NCBI GenBank assembly: GCA_963663385.2
Contig: CAXXXD010000001.1
Span: 192,001 to 256,000 of the forward strand
Direction: 5' to 3'
Length of the DNA: 64,000 bases
Source: Oceanispirochaeta sp.
GTDB lineage: Bacteria; Spirochaetota; Spirochaetia; DSM-2461
A model generated the notes under the pieces. It was given only the letters and a program-made list of their open reading frames with translations, was not told where the DNA came from and ran no database searches. Positions 8,962 through 17,796 of this stretch are shown here, one piece after another. Each line of letters begins with the position of its first letter. Position 1 is the stretch's first letter. A program made the position numbers and the translations under genes.

Positions 8962-10338
8962 ATGGATATGGTGAAAATAGGCCACATAACAGATTTGCAT
9001 TTCCGTCATTTTATCCCGGGTTCATCGGTAAAGCATAAAAACAGAAGCCGGGATATGCTTCCTGTTTTAAAAAAAACCCTGCAGAATTTGAAAAGAGACC
9101 GGGTCGATATACTTGTTATCACCGGAGATATCGTGGATGCACCGGCTATTATTCAAAACGGGAATGACTATTATATGGACCTGATCACCCCTTTCAGGGA
9201 AACCGTCCGGAAAGACTATCGCCTGATCCGCAGCCTCCTGGCCCAGTCCGGTCTCCCCTGGATGATAATCCCCGGTAACAGGGATGTATATGATCTGTTT
9301 GATGAAACATTCGGTGATCATCCCATAATAATGGACATACGGCGGTTCCGCTTCATCGGCTTTCAGGACAGGCAGTGGGACCATAAGATCCCCAGGCGAT
9401 TTGACAGGGAAAGGCGCCTTATGGAAACGGCCCTGGCAGATGATGCTCATCCCAGACAAATCCACCTTCAGCACTATCTGATTCACAAAGGGGACAAATC
9501 AGACAGGGAACACCGCTACCTGGAGTGGGACAATATCCGGAAAATGACCCGGGATTCGGAAAAGGTCCTTCTCAGCCTGTCCGGCCATTATCATCCGGGG
9601 GTTCCCTCTCTGAAAGAGGGAACAACTACCTGGTATTCAGCCAAAGCCCTCTGCCGCGTCCCCCATACCCTTACCATTCATGAGCTATGGGAAAATGGAG
9701 ACCACAGCTGCACCGAGGAAGTAGTGGATACAGATTCCGCCACGGCAGGCAAGCCTGTCGTGTTTCTGGATAGGGATGGTGTTATCAATACTCGCCATGC
9801 CTATACAACCGGACCGGAAGAGATGGAATTGATTCCGGGATCCGCCCGGGCGATAAAACTTCTGAAAGAAGCAGGGTATGCTGTTGTGGTTAATACAAAT
9901 CAGTCCTGTATAGGCCTGGGCTATGTACCGGAATCGGTGGTTCAGTTAAACAACGAGTATATGTGCTACCTGATGATGCAGGAAACAGGAGATCCCGAAG
10001 CGCAGCCTGATGCCATTTTCTACAGCAAGGGAGCCGGAAAAAAAGCAATCCACTCCTCCCTGAAGGATCTCAGCCTGACCAAACCCTCTCCTGCCCTTCT
10101 GGAAAAAGCGTTTTCACTTCTGCAGTTGAATAGAGAAGATTCCTGGATGATTGGAGACCGGGAAGGGGACCTTTTGTGCGGGCGGAATGGAAGAGTCTCT
10201 CCCCTATTGGTAATGACGGGAAAAGGAGAAGAAACAGCCTCACTGATAAATAAAGGGGAATACCCCGGTTTAGTGATCAAACGGGACCTTTTGGCTGCTG
10301 CCGAATTTATTATAAACAACCGTAAATCTAGATGGTAA
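8962..10338 (+). CDS. Calcineurin-like metallophosphoesterase fused to a GmhB/HisB-type HAD-IIIA phosphatase
   Basis: N-half: TDLH, TGDIVD, PGNRD, SGHYH. C-half: FLDRDGVIN, TNQS, KP, MIGDREGD. Confidence 0.88.
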   Translation: MDMVKIGHITDLHFRHFIPGSSVKHKNRSRDMLPVLKKTLQNLKRDRVDILVITGDIVDAPAIIQNGNDYYMDLITPFRETVRKDYRLIRSLLAQSGLPWMIIPGNRDVYDLFDETFGDHPIIMDIRRFRFIGFQDRQWDHKIPRRFDRERRLMETALADDAHPRQIHLQHYLIHKGDKSDREHRYLEWDNIRKMTRDSEKVLLSLSGHYHPGVPSLKEGTTTWYSAKALCRVPHTLTIHELWENGDHSCTEEVVDTDSATAGKPVVFLDRDGVINTRHAYTTGPEEMELIPGSARAIKLLKEAGYAVVVNTNQSCIGLGYVPESVVQLNNEYMCYLMMQETGDPEAQPDAIFYSKGAGKKAIHSSLKDLSLTKPSPALLEKAFSLLQLNREDSWMIGDREGDLLCGRNGRVSPLLVMTGKGEETASLINKGEYPGLVIKRDLLAAAEFIINNRKSRW

Positions 10339-10472
10339 CAAACTTTCTTTTAAATTTTCAATTAATGAAAAACACATTATCTCCCGGTTATTTTTTACTT
10401 GTTCCATTGGGAATTCAGGTTTAATGTGGTAGAAGTCGCTATAAATTAATTCATCTGAAAGAGGTATATAAA

Positions 10473-11105
10473 ATGAGAAGTAAGTTTGTGGTATTTGTCG
10501 GTTTAGCCCTGTTGCTAATAGCCCCTCTCTTCAGCGCATCCCCGGAGATTACCCCGACCTACGGGAATTGGGATATGTCGGGAAGCCGTCTTTATCAGAA
10601 GGATCTGAATGTAGGAATGGCCAAAGCGAATCTGCCGGTAAAACAGCAGGGTACCATGGTCTATGAATTCAATGTAAAATATGTTGACGGCCTACAGGAC
10701 GGAATGGGCGGTTTCGGAATTCATGTGTTTGTTGACAAACCTGCCGCAGGAAAAGCTTACGGAGAAGGGGATTCCTACCTGCTTTGGCTGAACTATGATG
10801 AGAATCCAGTATCATCCAGAATTCCTGCCGGATTAAGCGCCCAGGTTTACAAGAGCAATTCCTATACAGATATGAAACTGGTTGAAGCCGTTTCGCTAAA
10901 ATCCATTGAACCTGTAATTTCCAGATACCTGGATCAGAAACTCCCCGTAAAACTGGTTATTAACGGAAAAACCGGAATGGCGAAAATTTATGACCCTTTC
11001 AACAGTAATGTAGCCTATACGTTCTCCATGGGAGACGACTTCCCCGAAAGCGGAAACTATGTATCCCTCAGAACAAACAGCCTTGGCGTAAGCTTCGGCT
11101 ATTAA
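10473..11105 (+). CDS. Secreted/periplasmic hypothetical protein (beta-rich, possibly concanavalin-like)
   Basis: Signal peptide MRSKFVVFVGLALLLIAPLFS. SD GAGGT. Followed by a terminator. Confidence 0.75.
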   Translation: MRSKFVVFVGLALLLIAPLFSASPEITPTYGNWDMSGSRLYQKDLNVGMAKANLPVKQQGTMVYEFNVKYVDGLQDGMGGFGIHVFVDKPAAGKAYGEGDSYLLWLNYDENPVSSRIPAGLSAQVYKSNSYTDMKLVEAVSLKSIEPVISRYLDQKLPVKLVINGKTGMAKIYDPFNSNVAYTFSMGDDFPESGNYVSLRTNSLGVSFGY

Positions 11106-11113
11106 TATAAGAT

Positions 11114-11204
11114 TCCCCTCTCACGGCCTCCCTTAATCCCTCCAAAGGAGGGAAACCGAATTGACTTCTCCCCTTCGGGGAGATTGAGTGGGGCCGAGAG
11201 GGGA
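11114..11204. repeat. REP-like palindrome doublet (two inverted units)
   Basis: Outer stem TCCCCTCTC/GAGAGGGGA encloses hairpins TCCCTCC-AAA-GGAGGGA and TCTCCCC-TTC-GGGGAGA. The units are inverted near-copies of each other. Confidence 0.75.
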
Positions 11205-11220
11205 GATTATGAGATATACT

Positions 11221-11249
11221 AAGATCGGTGTAATACCGGTCTTTTTTTT
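11221..11249 (+). terminator. Rho-independent terminator
   Basis: AAGATCGGT-GTAAT-ACCGGTCTT followed by a T run. Confidence 0.8.
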
Positions 11250-11300
11250 ACCCGTTACGGGGATTCAGCAATAAGCGGGAACTATATTAAAGATCTCGAT

Positions 11301-11345
11301 CCCCGAGCGGACGTTTTGCTGAGCGGAGTCGAAGTAGTCGAGGGG
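11301..11345. repeat. Nested GAGCGGAGTCGA-type REP-like element
   Basis: CCCCGAGCGG...AGTCGAGGGG encloses a second CTGAGCGGAGTCGAAG. A related CTCGAGCGAAGTCGAG lies at 38089-38104. Confidence 0.6.
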
Positions 11346-11352
11346 GAGATAA

Positions 11353-11922
11353 ATGACAAAAAAAGAGAGCCGTAAACAGTTTAAAGAGTTCTGGAATGCC
11401 ATGGCTGATGGAACCCTTGCTTCCATCAGCAGTGCTGTCTGCCGGCTGATTCTGAAATCGGATGAATGGGAAAAAGCATCCACTCTTCTGGGTTACCTTT
11501 CATTCGGAAAGGAAATCAGCCTGGACCTGTTGATTCAGGAGAGCCTGTCAGCCGGTAAAATCGTTGCGGTCCCTCTGATAGAGAGCAGAACGGAAATGAC
11601 TTTCCGAAAACTCTCCCGCTGGACACCCGAAGGATTTTCTCTGAACCGCTGGGGGATCAGGGAACCGGAACGAGACCGCCCCCCTGTCATTCCCGGGGAG
11701 AAATGCCTGATACTGGTTCCCGGTCTGGGGTTTTCAACGGATGGAAGAAGAATGGGACGGGGCGGCGGCTATTACGACCGCTACCTGTCGGCAGCAGATC
11801 TGTCGGGCAGCCATCTGATGGGAATCTGCTGTGAAGCTGGATTATCTGAAGAGATTCCGACGGATCCCCATGATATCCCTGTTCACAGCATCTGTACGGA
11901 AAAAAGACTGATCAGTCCTTAA
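11353..11922 (+). CDS. ygfA: 5-formyltetrahydrofolate cyclo-ligase
   Basis: WGIREP, LVPGLGFS.DGRRMGRGGGYYDRYL, DPHDIPV. Confidence 0.93.
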   Translation: MTKKESRKQFKEFWNAMADGTLASISSAVCRLILKSDEWEKASTLLGYLSFGKEISLDLLIQESLSAGKIVAVPLIESRTEMTFRKLSRWTPEGFSLNRWGIREPERDRPPVIPGEKCLILVPGLGFSTDGRRMGRGGGYYDRYLSAADLSGSHLMGICCEAGLSEEIPTDPHDIPVHSICTEKRLISP

Positions 11923-12277
11923 ACTGGTCCATTTCCCTGGTAATTTTTTTAAGGGTTTCCTTGGAAAAGACCTTTCCGATTACCTCTTTTCCGGCAATGG
12001 TTTCCTCATAGAACCCTTTTTCACTGCTCAGCATTTCACGAAATCCCTCCAGAAGATGCGCCCTGAGGGCAACAGGCTTTCCAAGGATAATCAGTCCCTC
12101 GTAACTGTTCTGAATCTGATTCCATCTTAATTCCCGTATCTCTGAAACAGTCAGAACCCCTGTCTCCACCAAACCGAGGAAATACTCTTCCTCTTTCTGC
12201 CAATGGTAACCATCCAGCATGGCGGCTGCCCTTGTCTTGAATTTATCGGCTCTTTGCCTTTCGCTTCTTTTACTCAT
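11912..12277 (-). CDS. Hypothetical protein
   Basis: 121-aa charged ORF filling the gap between ygfA and the divergent gene. Extended -10 (TG-A-TATACT) lies 9 nt upstream of the ATG. Confidence 0.65.
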   Translation of the reverse strand: MSKRSERQRADKFKTRAAAMLDGYHWQKEEEYFLGLVETGVLTVSEIRELRWNQIQNSYEGLIILGKPVALRAHLLEGFREMLSSEKGFYEETIAGKEVIGKVFSKETLKKITREMDQFKD

Positions 12278-12384
12278 AGCAGAAGGAGTATATCATAGGG
12301 AAAGGATATAAAATACTCCTTGATCAGGGAGATATATCCTATTATCTTGTTCTATGAACAGACAGACAATAACAGAGGAATACT

Positions 12385-12966
12385 ATGGGAAAGATCAAAT
12401 CGGCCCTAGAACTGGCCCTGGAGAAAACCGCCGACCTGAAAGTTGATAAATCGGCTGTAAAAAAGAACAGCCTCACCAGGGAAGGGAAAGTCTGCGCATC
12501 CTCGTTCCTGGATAATCCGTCCAAATCCGATTTGGCAGACCGCTTGAAACATTATAAAGGGGAAGAACGGGAATGGTTCCGGTCCGGAGCAATGGATACG
12601 ATCCTGGCAAACCTGATCCTTCCACAGATAGAAGCGGATCTGCAGAAGCTCAATAATCTGGCGGAAGGTCTGATTATTCTGACAGGTGAAAAAAAGCAGA
12701 CCAAAGAAATGTTCAGCCAGCTGCGTCAGCTCTTTGAACAGTACATTGCCAATATGGACCAGCTGGAAGAGGGGTTGAAACAGCAGTATGAGCCCCAGCT
12801 CCGTCAGAAAGAGATGCAGATCCGTCAACAGACAGGACAGGACATCCATCTGACCCCGGATTCTGATCCGGATTTTATAAAACTCCTTTCCGAACAGTTC
12901 GGAAGGATGGAGCAGCAGTACAACGAAGTTCTGAAGCAGGTAAAAGAAGAGATCAGGAATTCCTGA
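12385..12966 (+). CDS. Helical hypothetical protein (MG.IKSALELALE.T N-terminus, DUF6657-like)
   Basis: SD GAGG, coiled-coil character, 15 nt upstream of rarA. Family name recalled from memory, not searched. Confidence 0.7.
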   Translation: MGKIKSALELALEKTADLKVDKSAVKKNSLTREGKVCASSFLDNPSKSDLADRLKHYKGEEREWFRSGAMDTILANLILPQIEADLQKLNNLAEGLIILTGEKKQTKEMFSQLRQLFEQYIANMDQLEEGLKQQYEPQLRQKEMQIRQQTGQDIHLTPDSDPDFIKLLSEQFGRMEQQYNEVLKQVKEEIRNS

Positions 12967-12981
12967 TCCGCTTCCGGAAAA

Positions 12982-15183
12982 ATGGAACTCTTTTCGCAGG
13001 CGCCCCAGAATGAACCCCTCGCCGCAAGGATGCGTCCGCGGAACCTGGATGAATACATAGGACAGGATCATATTATAGGACCGGGAAGGCTGCTGAGAAG
13101 AGCCATTCAGGCTGACCAGCTATCCTCCCTCATATTCTATGGTCCTCCCGGAACAGGAAAAACAACACTGGCCCGGGTAATTGCCGGTACAACCAGCAGC
13201 CGTTTTATCAGTATAAACGCTGTCTTAAGCGGGGTGAAACAGATCCGGGAAGCCATTGAGGACGCCCAGAAGACGAGGGATCTCCATGGCAGACGGAGCA
13301 TACTTTTTGTGGATGAGGTTCACCGCTGGAACAAGGCCCAGCAGGACGCCCTCCTTCCCTGGGTGGAAAACGGAACGATTATCCTGATTGGGGCAACAAC
13401 AGAGAACCCCTATTTTGAAGTGAATTCCGCACTGGTCAGCAGGAGCAGAATTTTCCAGCTTAAACAGCTGACATCCGAGAACCTGTATCAGGTTGCCCTG
13501 CAGGCGGTATCCGATAAGGAGAGGGGCTACGGCCGGTGGAAGGTCAGCTTTCAGGAAGGGGCTCTGGAGCATCTTGTGAAGACAGCCGACGGGGATGCCC
13601 GCAGCATCCTGAACTCCCTCCAGCTGGCTGTGGAAACGACTCCCGAATCCTACCCTCCCCCGGAAGGTTCCTCCATTGAAATATCCATGGAGACGGCAGA
13701 GGAAAGTATCCAGAAAAAAGTGGTCCTTTACGACAAGGAAGGGGACTACCACTACGATACCATCAGCGCTTTTATAAAATCTATCCGGGGGTCCGATCCC
13801 GATGCGGCCCTCTACTGGATGGCCCGAATGATCCGGGCGGGGGAAGATCCCCGGTTTATCCTGAGGCGGATGATTATCTCTGCATCAGAGGATATCGGGA
13901 TGGCAGACCCAAACGCTCTGACCGTTGTCAATGCGGCGGCCCAGGCTTACGACCGGATAGGTCTCCCCGAAGGCCAGTTCCCCCTGACCCAGGCGGCGCT
14001 TTACCTGGCAACGGCTCCCAAATCCAACTCATCCCTGGCGTTTTTCGATGCTATAAAGGTTGTGGAAGAGGAAGCTGCCCGGGAGGTCCCCAATCACCTG
14101 AAAGATCCCAGCCGGGACAAACACGGCTTCGGCCATGGCGAGGGATACAACTACCCCCATGCCTATCGGGACCACTGGGTGGCACAGGCCTATCTGCCGG
14201 AGGGCCTGAAAGGCCGGATCTTCTATCAGCCATCCTCCCAGGGCTATGAGAAACAGATTCAGGACGGGGTGCTGAAAAAAAGGGAAGCCCAGATGGCTTC
14301 CATGATAGAGGAACCTCCGGAAGTTCTGACTTTCTCCCCGGGAGATAAACAGAGAGACGCCTGGATGAGAAGAACCTCCGGCCGGACCGGCCGGTTTCTG
14401 GAAGAAATGCGGAGCCGTATGTTTTCCCTGGCAAAACCGGACAGAAACAGCCGGATCCTTGTCTGGAAAGAGACAGGGGGACTTTTTCTGTGGGAGGCCT
14501 GGAGACAGGTCCCTGAGGGCGGAGTATACGCCTACTTCCCGGAGAAAAAACATATGGACCTGTGCTCCCATTTTGCCCGGACCCTTCCGGAATCGGAAAG
14601 GCCGGCACTTGTCGGTGCAAACGGATCATCTCATGAGACTCTGGAGGAATTTAAAAAAAAGGGCATCCTCTTTGAGCATATTATCTGCAGGAACTGGCTT
14701 TTCGGCACTCGGGAAGAGTCCCGTATAAAGGAGTTCAAAGCCCTCAGGTCGCTTCTGGCTCCCGGCGGCTGCCTGATAACCAGCGAGCCCCTTCCGGGAT
14801 CGGGAAGCCGGATCAGCACATTCCTGAGGGATGGGATCGGACCAGTTGAAAATATTAACGATTTTATTGATGCAGAAGACCGGGTATACAGGGAGTGGCA
14901 CCCGTCTCTGACTTCGGAAGATCGGGTCCGGCAGGAGTTTGTCTCTTTTGGCTGCAGCGATATTAACAGTGAAGTACTATCAATAAAAGAGGACAGGCTC
15001 CTGACGGAGGAGCTTCTCAGACAGTGGCTAAATCCCGCCAATGAGGGAAACCTCGGACACAGGATGAGCCAGTATATAAATGAAGAGTCTGTGAAGCACT
15101 ATCTTGAAGAGAGTATCCTCAAATTAAAGGATGTAAGGGTTTCCTGGGAAAGTTTTTATGCCCTGATACGAGTTTCTTTCTGA
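12982..15183 (+). CDS. rarA: Replication-associated recombination ATPase RarA/MgsA with ~290-aa C-terminal extension
   Basis: [60 protein letters not shown]. Confidence 0.93.
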   Translation: MELFSQAPQNEPLAARMRPRNLDEYIGQDHIIGPGRLLRRAIQADQLSSLIFYGPPGTGKTTLARVIAGTTSSRFISINAVLSGVKQIREAIEDAQKTRDLHGRRSILFVDEVHRWNKAQQDALLPWVENGTIILIGATTENPYFEVNSALVSRSRIFQLKQLTSENLYQVALQAVSDKERGYGRWKVSFQEGALEHLVKTADGDARSILNSLQLAVETTPESYPPPEGSSIEISMETAEESIQKKVVLYDKEGDYHYDTISAFIKSIRGSDPDAALYWMARMIRAGEDPRFILRRMIISASEDIGMADPNALTVVNAAAQAYDRIGLPEGQFPLTQAALYLATAPKSNSSLAFFDAIKVVEEEAAREVPNHLKDPSRDKHGFGHGEGYNYPHAYRDHWVAQAYLPEGLKGRIFYQPSSQGYEKQIQDGVLKKREAQMASMIEEPPEVLTFSPGDKQRDAWMRRTSGRTGRFLEEMRSRMFSLAKPDRNSRILVWKETGGLFLWEAWRQVPEGGVYAYFPEKKHMDLCSHFARTLPESERPALVGANGSSHETLEEFKKKGILFEHIICRNWLFGTREESRIKEFKALRSLLAPGGCLITSEPLPGSGSRISTFLRDGIGPVENINDFIDAEDRVYREWHPSLTSEDRVRQEFVSFGCSDINSEVLSIKEDRLLTEELLRQWLNPANEGNLGHRMSQYINEESVKHYLEESILKLKDVRVSWESFYALIRVSF

Positions 15184-15209
15184 TTTTATAAAAAGTCCCC
15201 CCATTTATA

Positions 15210-15240
15210 TTGACAAAAAACATCTTATATATGATTATAC
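15210..15240 (+). promoter_or_regulatory. Probable tRNA operon promoter
   Basis: Perfect TTGACA at 15210-15215 and an AT-rich -10 region (GATTAT at 17 bp spacing), about 20 nt before tRNA-His. Confidence 0.5.
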
Positions 15241-15258
15241 GTCTCGTTCTTGAAAAAT

Positions 15259-15332
15259 GGTGAATGTAGTTCAGTTGGTAGAGCGCCAGATTGTGGTTCT
15301 GGTTGTCGCGGGTTCAAGTCCCGTCATTCACC
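15259..15332 (+). tRNA. tRNA-His (GTG), with encoded G-1 and no encoded CCA
   Basis: Acceptor GTGAATG/CATTCAC, anticodon arm CCAGA-TTGTGGT-TCTGG, T loop GTTCAAG. Confidence 0.95.
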
Positions 15333-15340
15333 CTTTTGTT

Positions 15341-15414
<74 letters not shown>

Positions 15415-15424
15415 ATAAAAAAAC

Positions 15425-15497
15425 GGGCCGTTAGCTCAGCTGGCAGAGCAGCAGACTCTTAATCTGCGGGTCAAAGGTTCGATCCCTTTACGGCTCA
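15425..15497 (+). tRNA. tRNA-Lys (CTT)
   Basis: GGGCCGT/ACGGCTC acceptor, GCAGA-CTCTTAA-TCTGC, GTTCGATC. Confidence 0.95.
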
Positions 15498-15504
15498 TAT
15501 AACT

Positions 15505-15585
15505 GCGAGAGTGGTGGAATTGGTAGACACGCTAGTCTTAGGAACTAGTGCCTTCGGTGTAAGGGTTCGAGTCCCTTCTCTCGCA
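15505..15585 (+). tRNA. tRNA-Leu (TAG)
   Basis: GCGAGAG/CTCTCGC acceptor, CTAGT-CTTAGGA-ACTAG, long variable arm. Confidence 0.95.
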
Positions 15586-15611
15586 TAGTGCTGAAGAGCG
15601 CTGAAAATCTT

Positions 15612-15683
15612 GCGAAAGTAGCTCAGTGGTAGAGCTCCACCTTGCCAAGGTGGATGTCGCGGGTTCAAGTCCCGTCTTTCGCT
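15612..15683 (+). tRNA. tRNA-Gly (GCC)
   Basis: GCGAAAG/CTTTCGC acceptor, CCACC-TTGCCAA-GGTGG, GTTCAAGTC. Confidence 0.95.
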
Positions 15684-15731
15684 TAAAACTTAATTATCCG
15701 GTGCAAACCGGCAGGAAGCCGGGACTGAGTC

Positions 15732-15746
15732 GTCCCGTCTTTCGCT
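15732..15746 (+). repeat. 15-bp direct repeat of the tRNA-Gly 3' end
   Basis: GTCCCGTCTTTCGCT occurs at 15669-15683 and again at 15732-15746. Confidence 0.85.
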
Positions 15747-15759
15747 AAACGGAAGGTGA

Positions 15760-15796
15760 AAGGCGATCTGGGTGTTATCCGGGTCGTCTTTTTTTA
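15760..15796 (+). terminator. Terminator of the tRNA operon
   Basis: AGGCGATCTGG...CCGGGTCGTCT stem (with G-U pairs) followed by a T run. Confidence 0.7.
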
Positions 15797-15830
15797 TATA
15801 CCGACAATAACCATAAAAGAGGACAAAGCT

Positions 15831-17174
15831 GTGATTACCAGTAAAAATGTCGAAAAGTTGGAAAATTCCTCTGTGAAACTTTCCATTACAGTTGGAAAAG
15901 AACACGCTGCCCAAGAGTACAAGGATCTTCTTAGCAAATACACCAAAGAAGTACAGATTAAAGGATTCAGAAAGGGGAAAGTACCCGCATCCGTTCTGGA
16001 ACGCAAATTCGGTGAAGGAATCCGAGAAGAAGCTGCAGCGAACCTGATGGATAAAGCTCTGAAAGTTGCCATCGAAGAAGTAGAAGAAAAACCTCTCGGA
16101 TACGATTACCCCGAAGTACAGGGTAAACCAGAACTGGATCCGGAAAATGATTTCTCTTTCGAACTGGTTTACGATATTTTCCCGGAAGTAAAGTTCGGAG
16201 AATACAAAGGTCTGGAAATTAACGAAAAACAGGTTAAGATCCTGAAAAAGCACGAGGCGGAAGAACTGGAAAAACTCCAGGAACAGAATTCTGTCGTAAT
16301 GGATAAAGCTGACGAAACGGTTGAAGAGAAAAATATCATTACCATCGATTACTGCGAAATGGATGGAGATGAAGAGATTGCCGACACCAAGCGGGAAGAT
16401 TTCGTATTTACCGTTGGAACCGGCTACAATCTTTACAAGATTGACAAACAGGTCGTCGGAATGAAAAAGGATGAAGAGAAGATCATCCGCAAACGGTACA
16501 AGGACGATTTTGAAAACAAGGACCTGGCCGGCCGCAGCATTTCTCTGAAAGTAAAGGTTAAAGCTGTAAAAGAAAAACAGATGCCCGAACTTGATGACGA
16601 ACTGGCTCAGGATGTCAACGAGAAATACGAAACTCTGGATGACCTGAAAAAAGACATCAAAAAGCAGCTTAAAGAAAGAGCCGATGAAAAAATCAAGGCA
16701 GAAAAAATCGAACAGCTTGTAGATAAACTGGTGGAAACCAGCGATATAACTCTCCCCGCTTCCATGATTAAGGCGGAACTGGAGAGCAACTGGAGAAACT
16801 TCCTGCAGCAGTCTCAGACCCAGGAAGAACAGATGCTCAGATTCCTCGAGATGCAGGGTCAGACAAAAGACCAGATGATGGAAAACTGGAAAGAAAATGC
16901 AGAAAAGAGCTTGAAAACTCAACTCATTTTCAACAAGATTATTGAAGACGAAAAGATCGAAGCCAGTGAAGAAGAAATGGATGAAGAGATCAAAAAACAG
17001 GCAGAAATGTATAACATGCCCGTGGAAGATCTAAAAAAATCATTTGGCGAAGCCGGTTTAAAAGAGTATCTTAGTAGTGATCTCAAACAGAAAAAACTGA
17101 TCGACTTTCTGCTTGAGAACGCAAAAGTATCCAAGGATGCTGAAAAGATCGATTACAGCGATCTGATTAAATAA
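15831..17174 (+). CDS. tig: Trigger factor
   Basis: GFRKGKVP ribosome-binding motif, FKBP-like middle domain, [11 protein letters not shown] start at 15831 with SD GAGGA. Confidence 0.95.
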   Translation: MITSKNVEKLENSSVKLSITVGKEHAAQEYKDLLSKYTKEVQIKGFRKGKVPASVLERKFGEGIREEAAANLMDKALKVAIEEVEEKPLGYDYPEVQGKPELDPENDFSFELVYDIFPEVKFGEYKGLEINEKQVKILKKHEAEELEKLQEQNSVVMDKADETVEEKNIITIDYCEMDGDEEIADTKREDFVFTVGTGYNLYKIDKQVVGMKKDEEKIIRKRYKDDFENKDLAGRSISLKVKVKAVKEKQMPELDDELAQDVNEKYETLDDLKKDIKKQLKERADEKIKAEKIEQLVDKLVETSDITLPASMIKAELESNWRNFLQQSQTQEEQMLRFLEMQGQTKDQMMENWKENAEKSLKTQLIFNKIIEDEKIEASEEEMDEEIKKQAEMYNMPVEDLKKSFGEAGLKEYLSSDLKQKKLIDFLLENAKVSKDAEKIDYSDLIK

Positions 17175-17196
17175 AGTAATAACGAGGTCTGCCGAT

Positions 17197-17790
17197 ATGG
17201 ACATTCAGAATAATACATTAGTACCGATGGTTGTTGAGCGCACAGGTGTGGGCGAGAGGTCATACGATATATACTCCAGGCTCCTGAAAGACAGGATCGT
17301 TTTTCTGGACGGAGAGATTCAGGATGTCACCGCAGATCTTGTTGTCGCCCAGCTCCTTTTCCTGGAGTCAGAGGATCCGGAGAAGGATATAAGCCTTTAC
17401 ATTAACAGCCCCGGCGGTTCCGTAACAGCCGGGCTGGCCATATACGATACCATGCAGCATGTCAAACCCGATGTTCAGACGATCTGTATGGGTCAGGCGG
17501 CTTCTATGGGAGCTGTTCTTCTGGCTGGCGGAGCAAAAGGGAAACGGTTCAGTCTTCCCTCTTCCCGCGTTATGATTCACCAGCCCTGGGGCGGTGTACA
17601 GGGGCAGGCCCGTGACATCGGTATTCAGGCAAGGGAGATCATCCGTCTGAAGAAGCTGCTGATAACCTACTTTGCACAGAATACGGGGAAACCGGAAGAA
17701 ACGATTGCAGCCGATATGGAAAGAGACTTTTTCATGTCGGCGGAAGAATCTGTAGAGTACGGGATTACCGACAGTATCCTGAAGAGGTAA
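17197..17790 (+). CDS. clpP: ATP-dependent Clp protease proteolytic subunit
   Basis: [30 protein letters not shown]. Confidence 0.98.
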   Translation: MDIQNNTLVPMVVERTGVGERSYDIYSRLLKDRIVFLDGEIQDVTADLVVAQLLFLESEDPEKDISLYINSPGGSVTAGLAIYDTMQHVKPDVQTICMGQAASMGAVLLAGGAKGKRFSLPSSRVMIHQPWGGVQGQARDIGIQAREIIRLKKLLITYFAQNTGKPEETIAADMERDFFMSAEESVEYGITDSILKR

Positions 17791-17796
17791 AAAAAT

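Noticed and set aside
11106..11352. Possible 6S RNA upstream of ygfA (common synteny)
   Set aside because: The interval is explained by a REP-like doublet, a terminator and a second repeat. No ~180-nt rod with a central bubble is visible. An Infernal search with the 6S model would settle it.
15695..15730. CCGGTGCAAACCGG resembling part of a cobalamin riboswitch
   Set aside because: No B12-box or GCCACTG elements, too short, and the context is a tRNA trailer.
15690..16922. 410-aa Phe-rich antisense ORF opposite tig
   Set aside because: Complement of Lys/Glu-rich codons; a shadow ORF.
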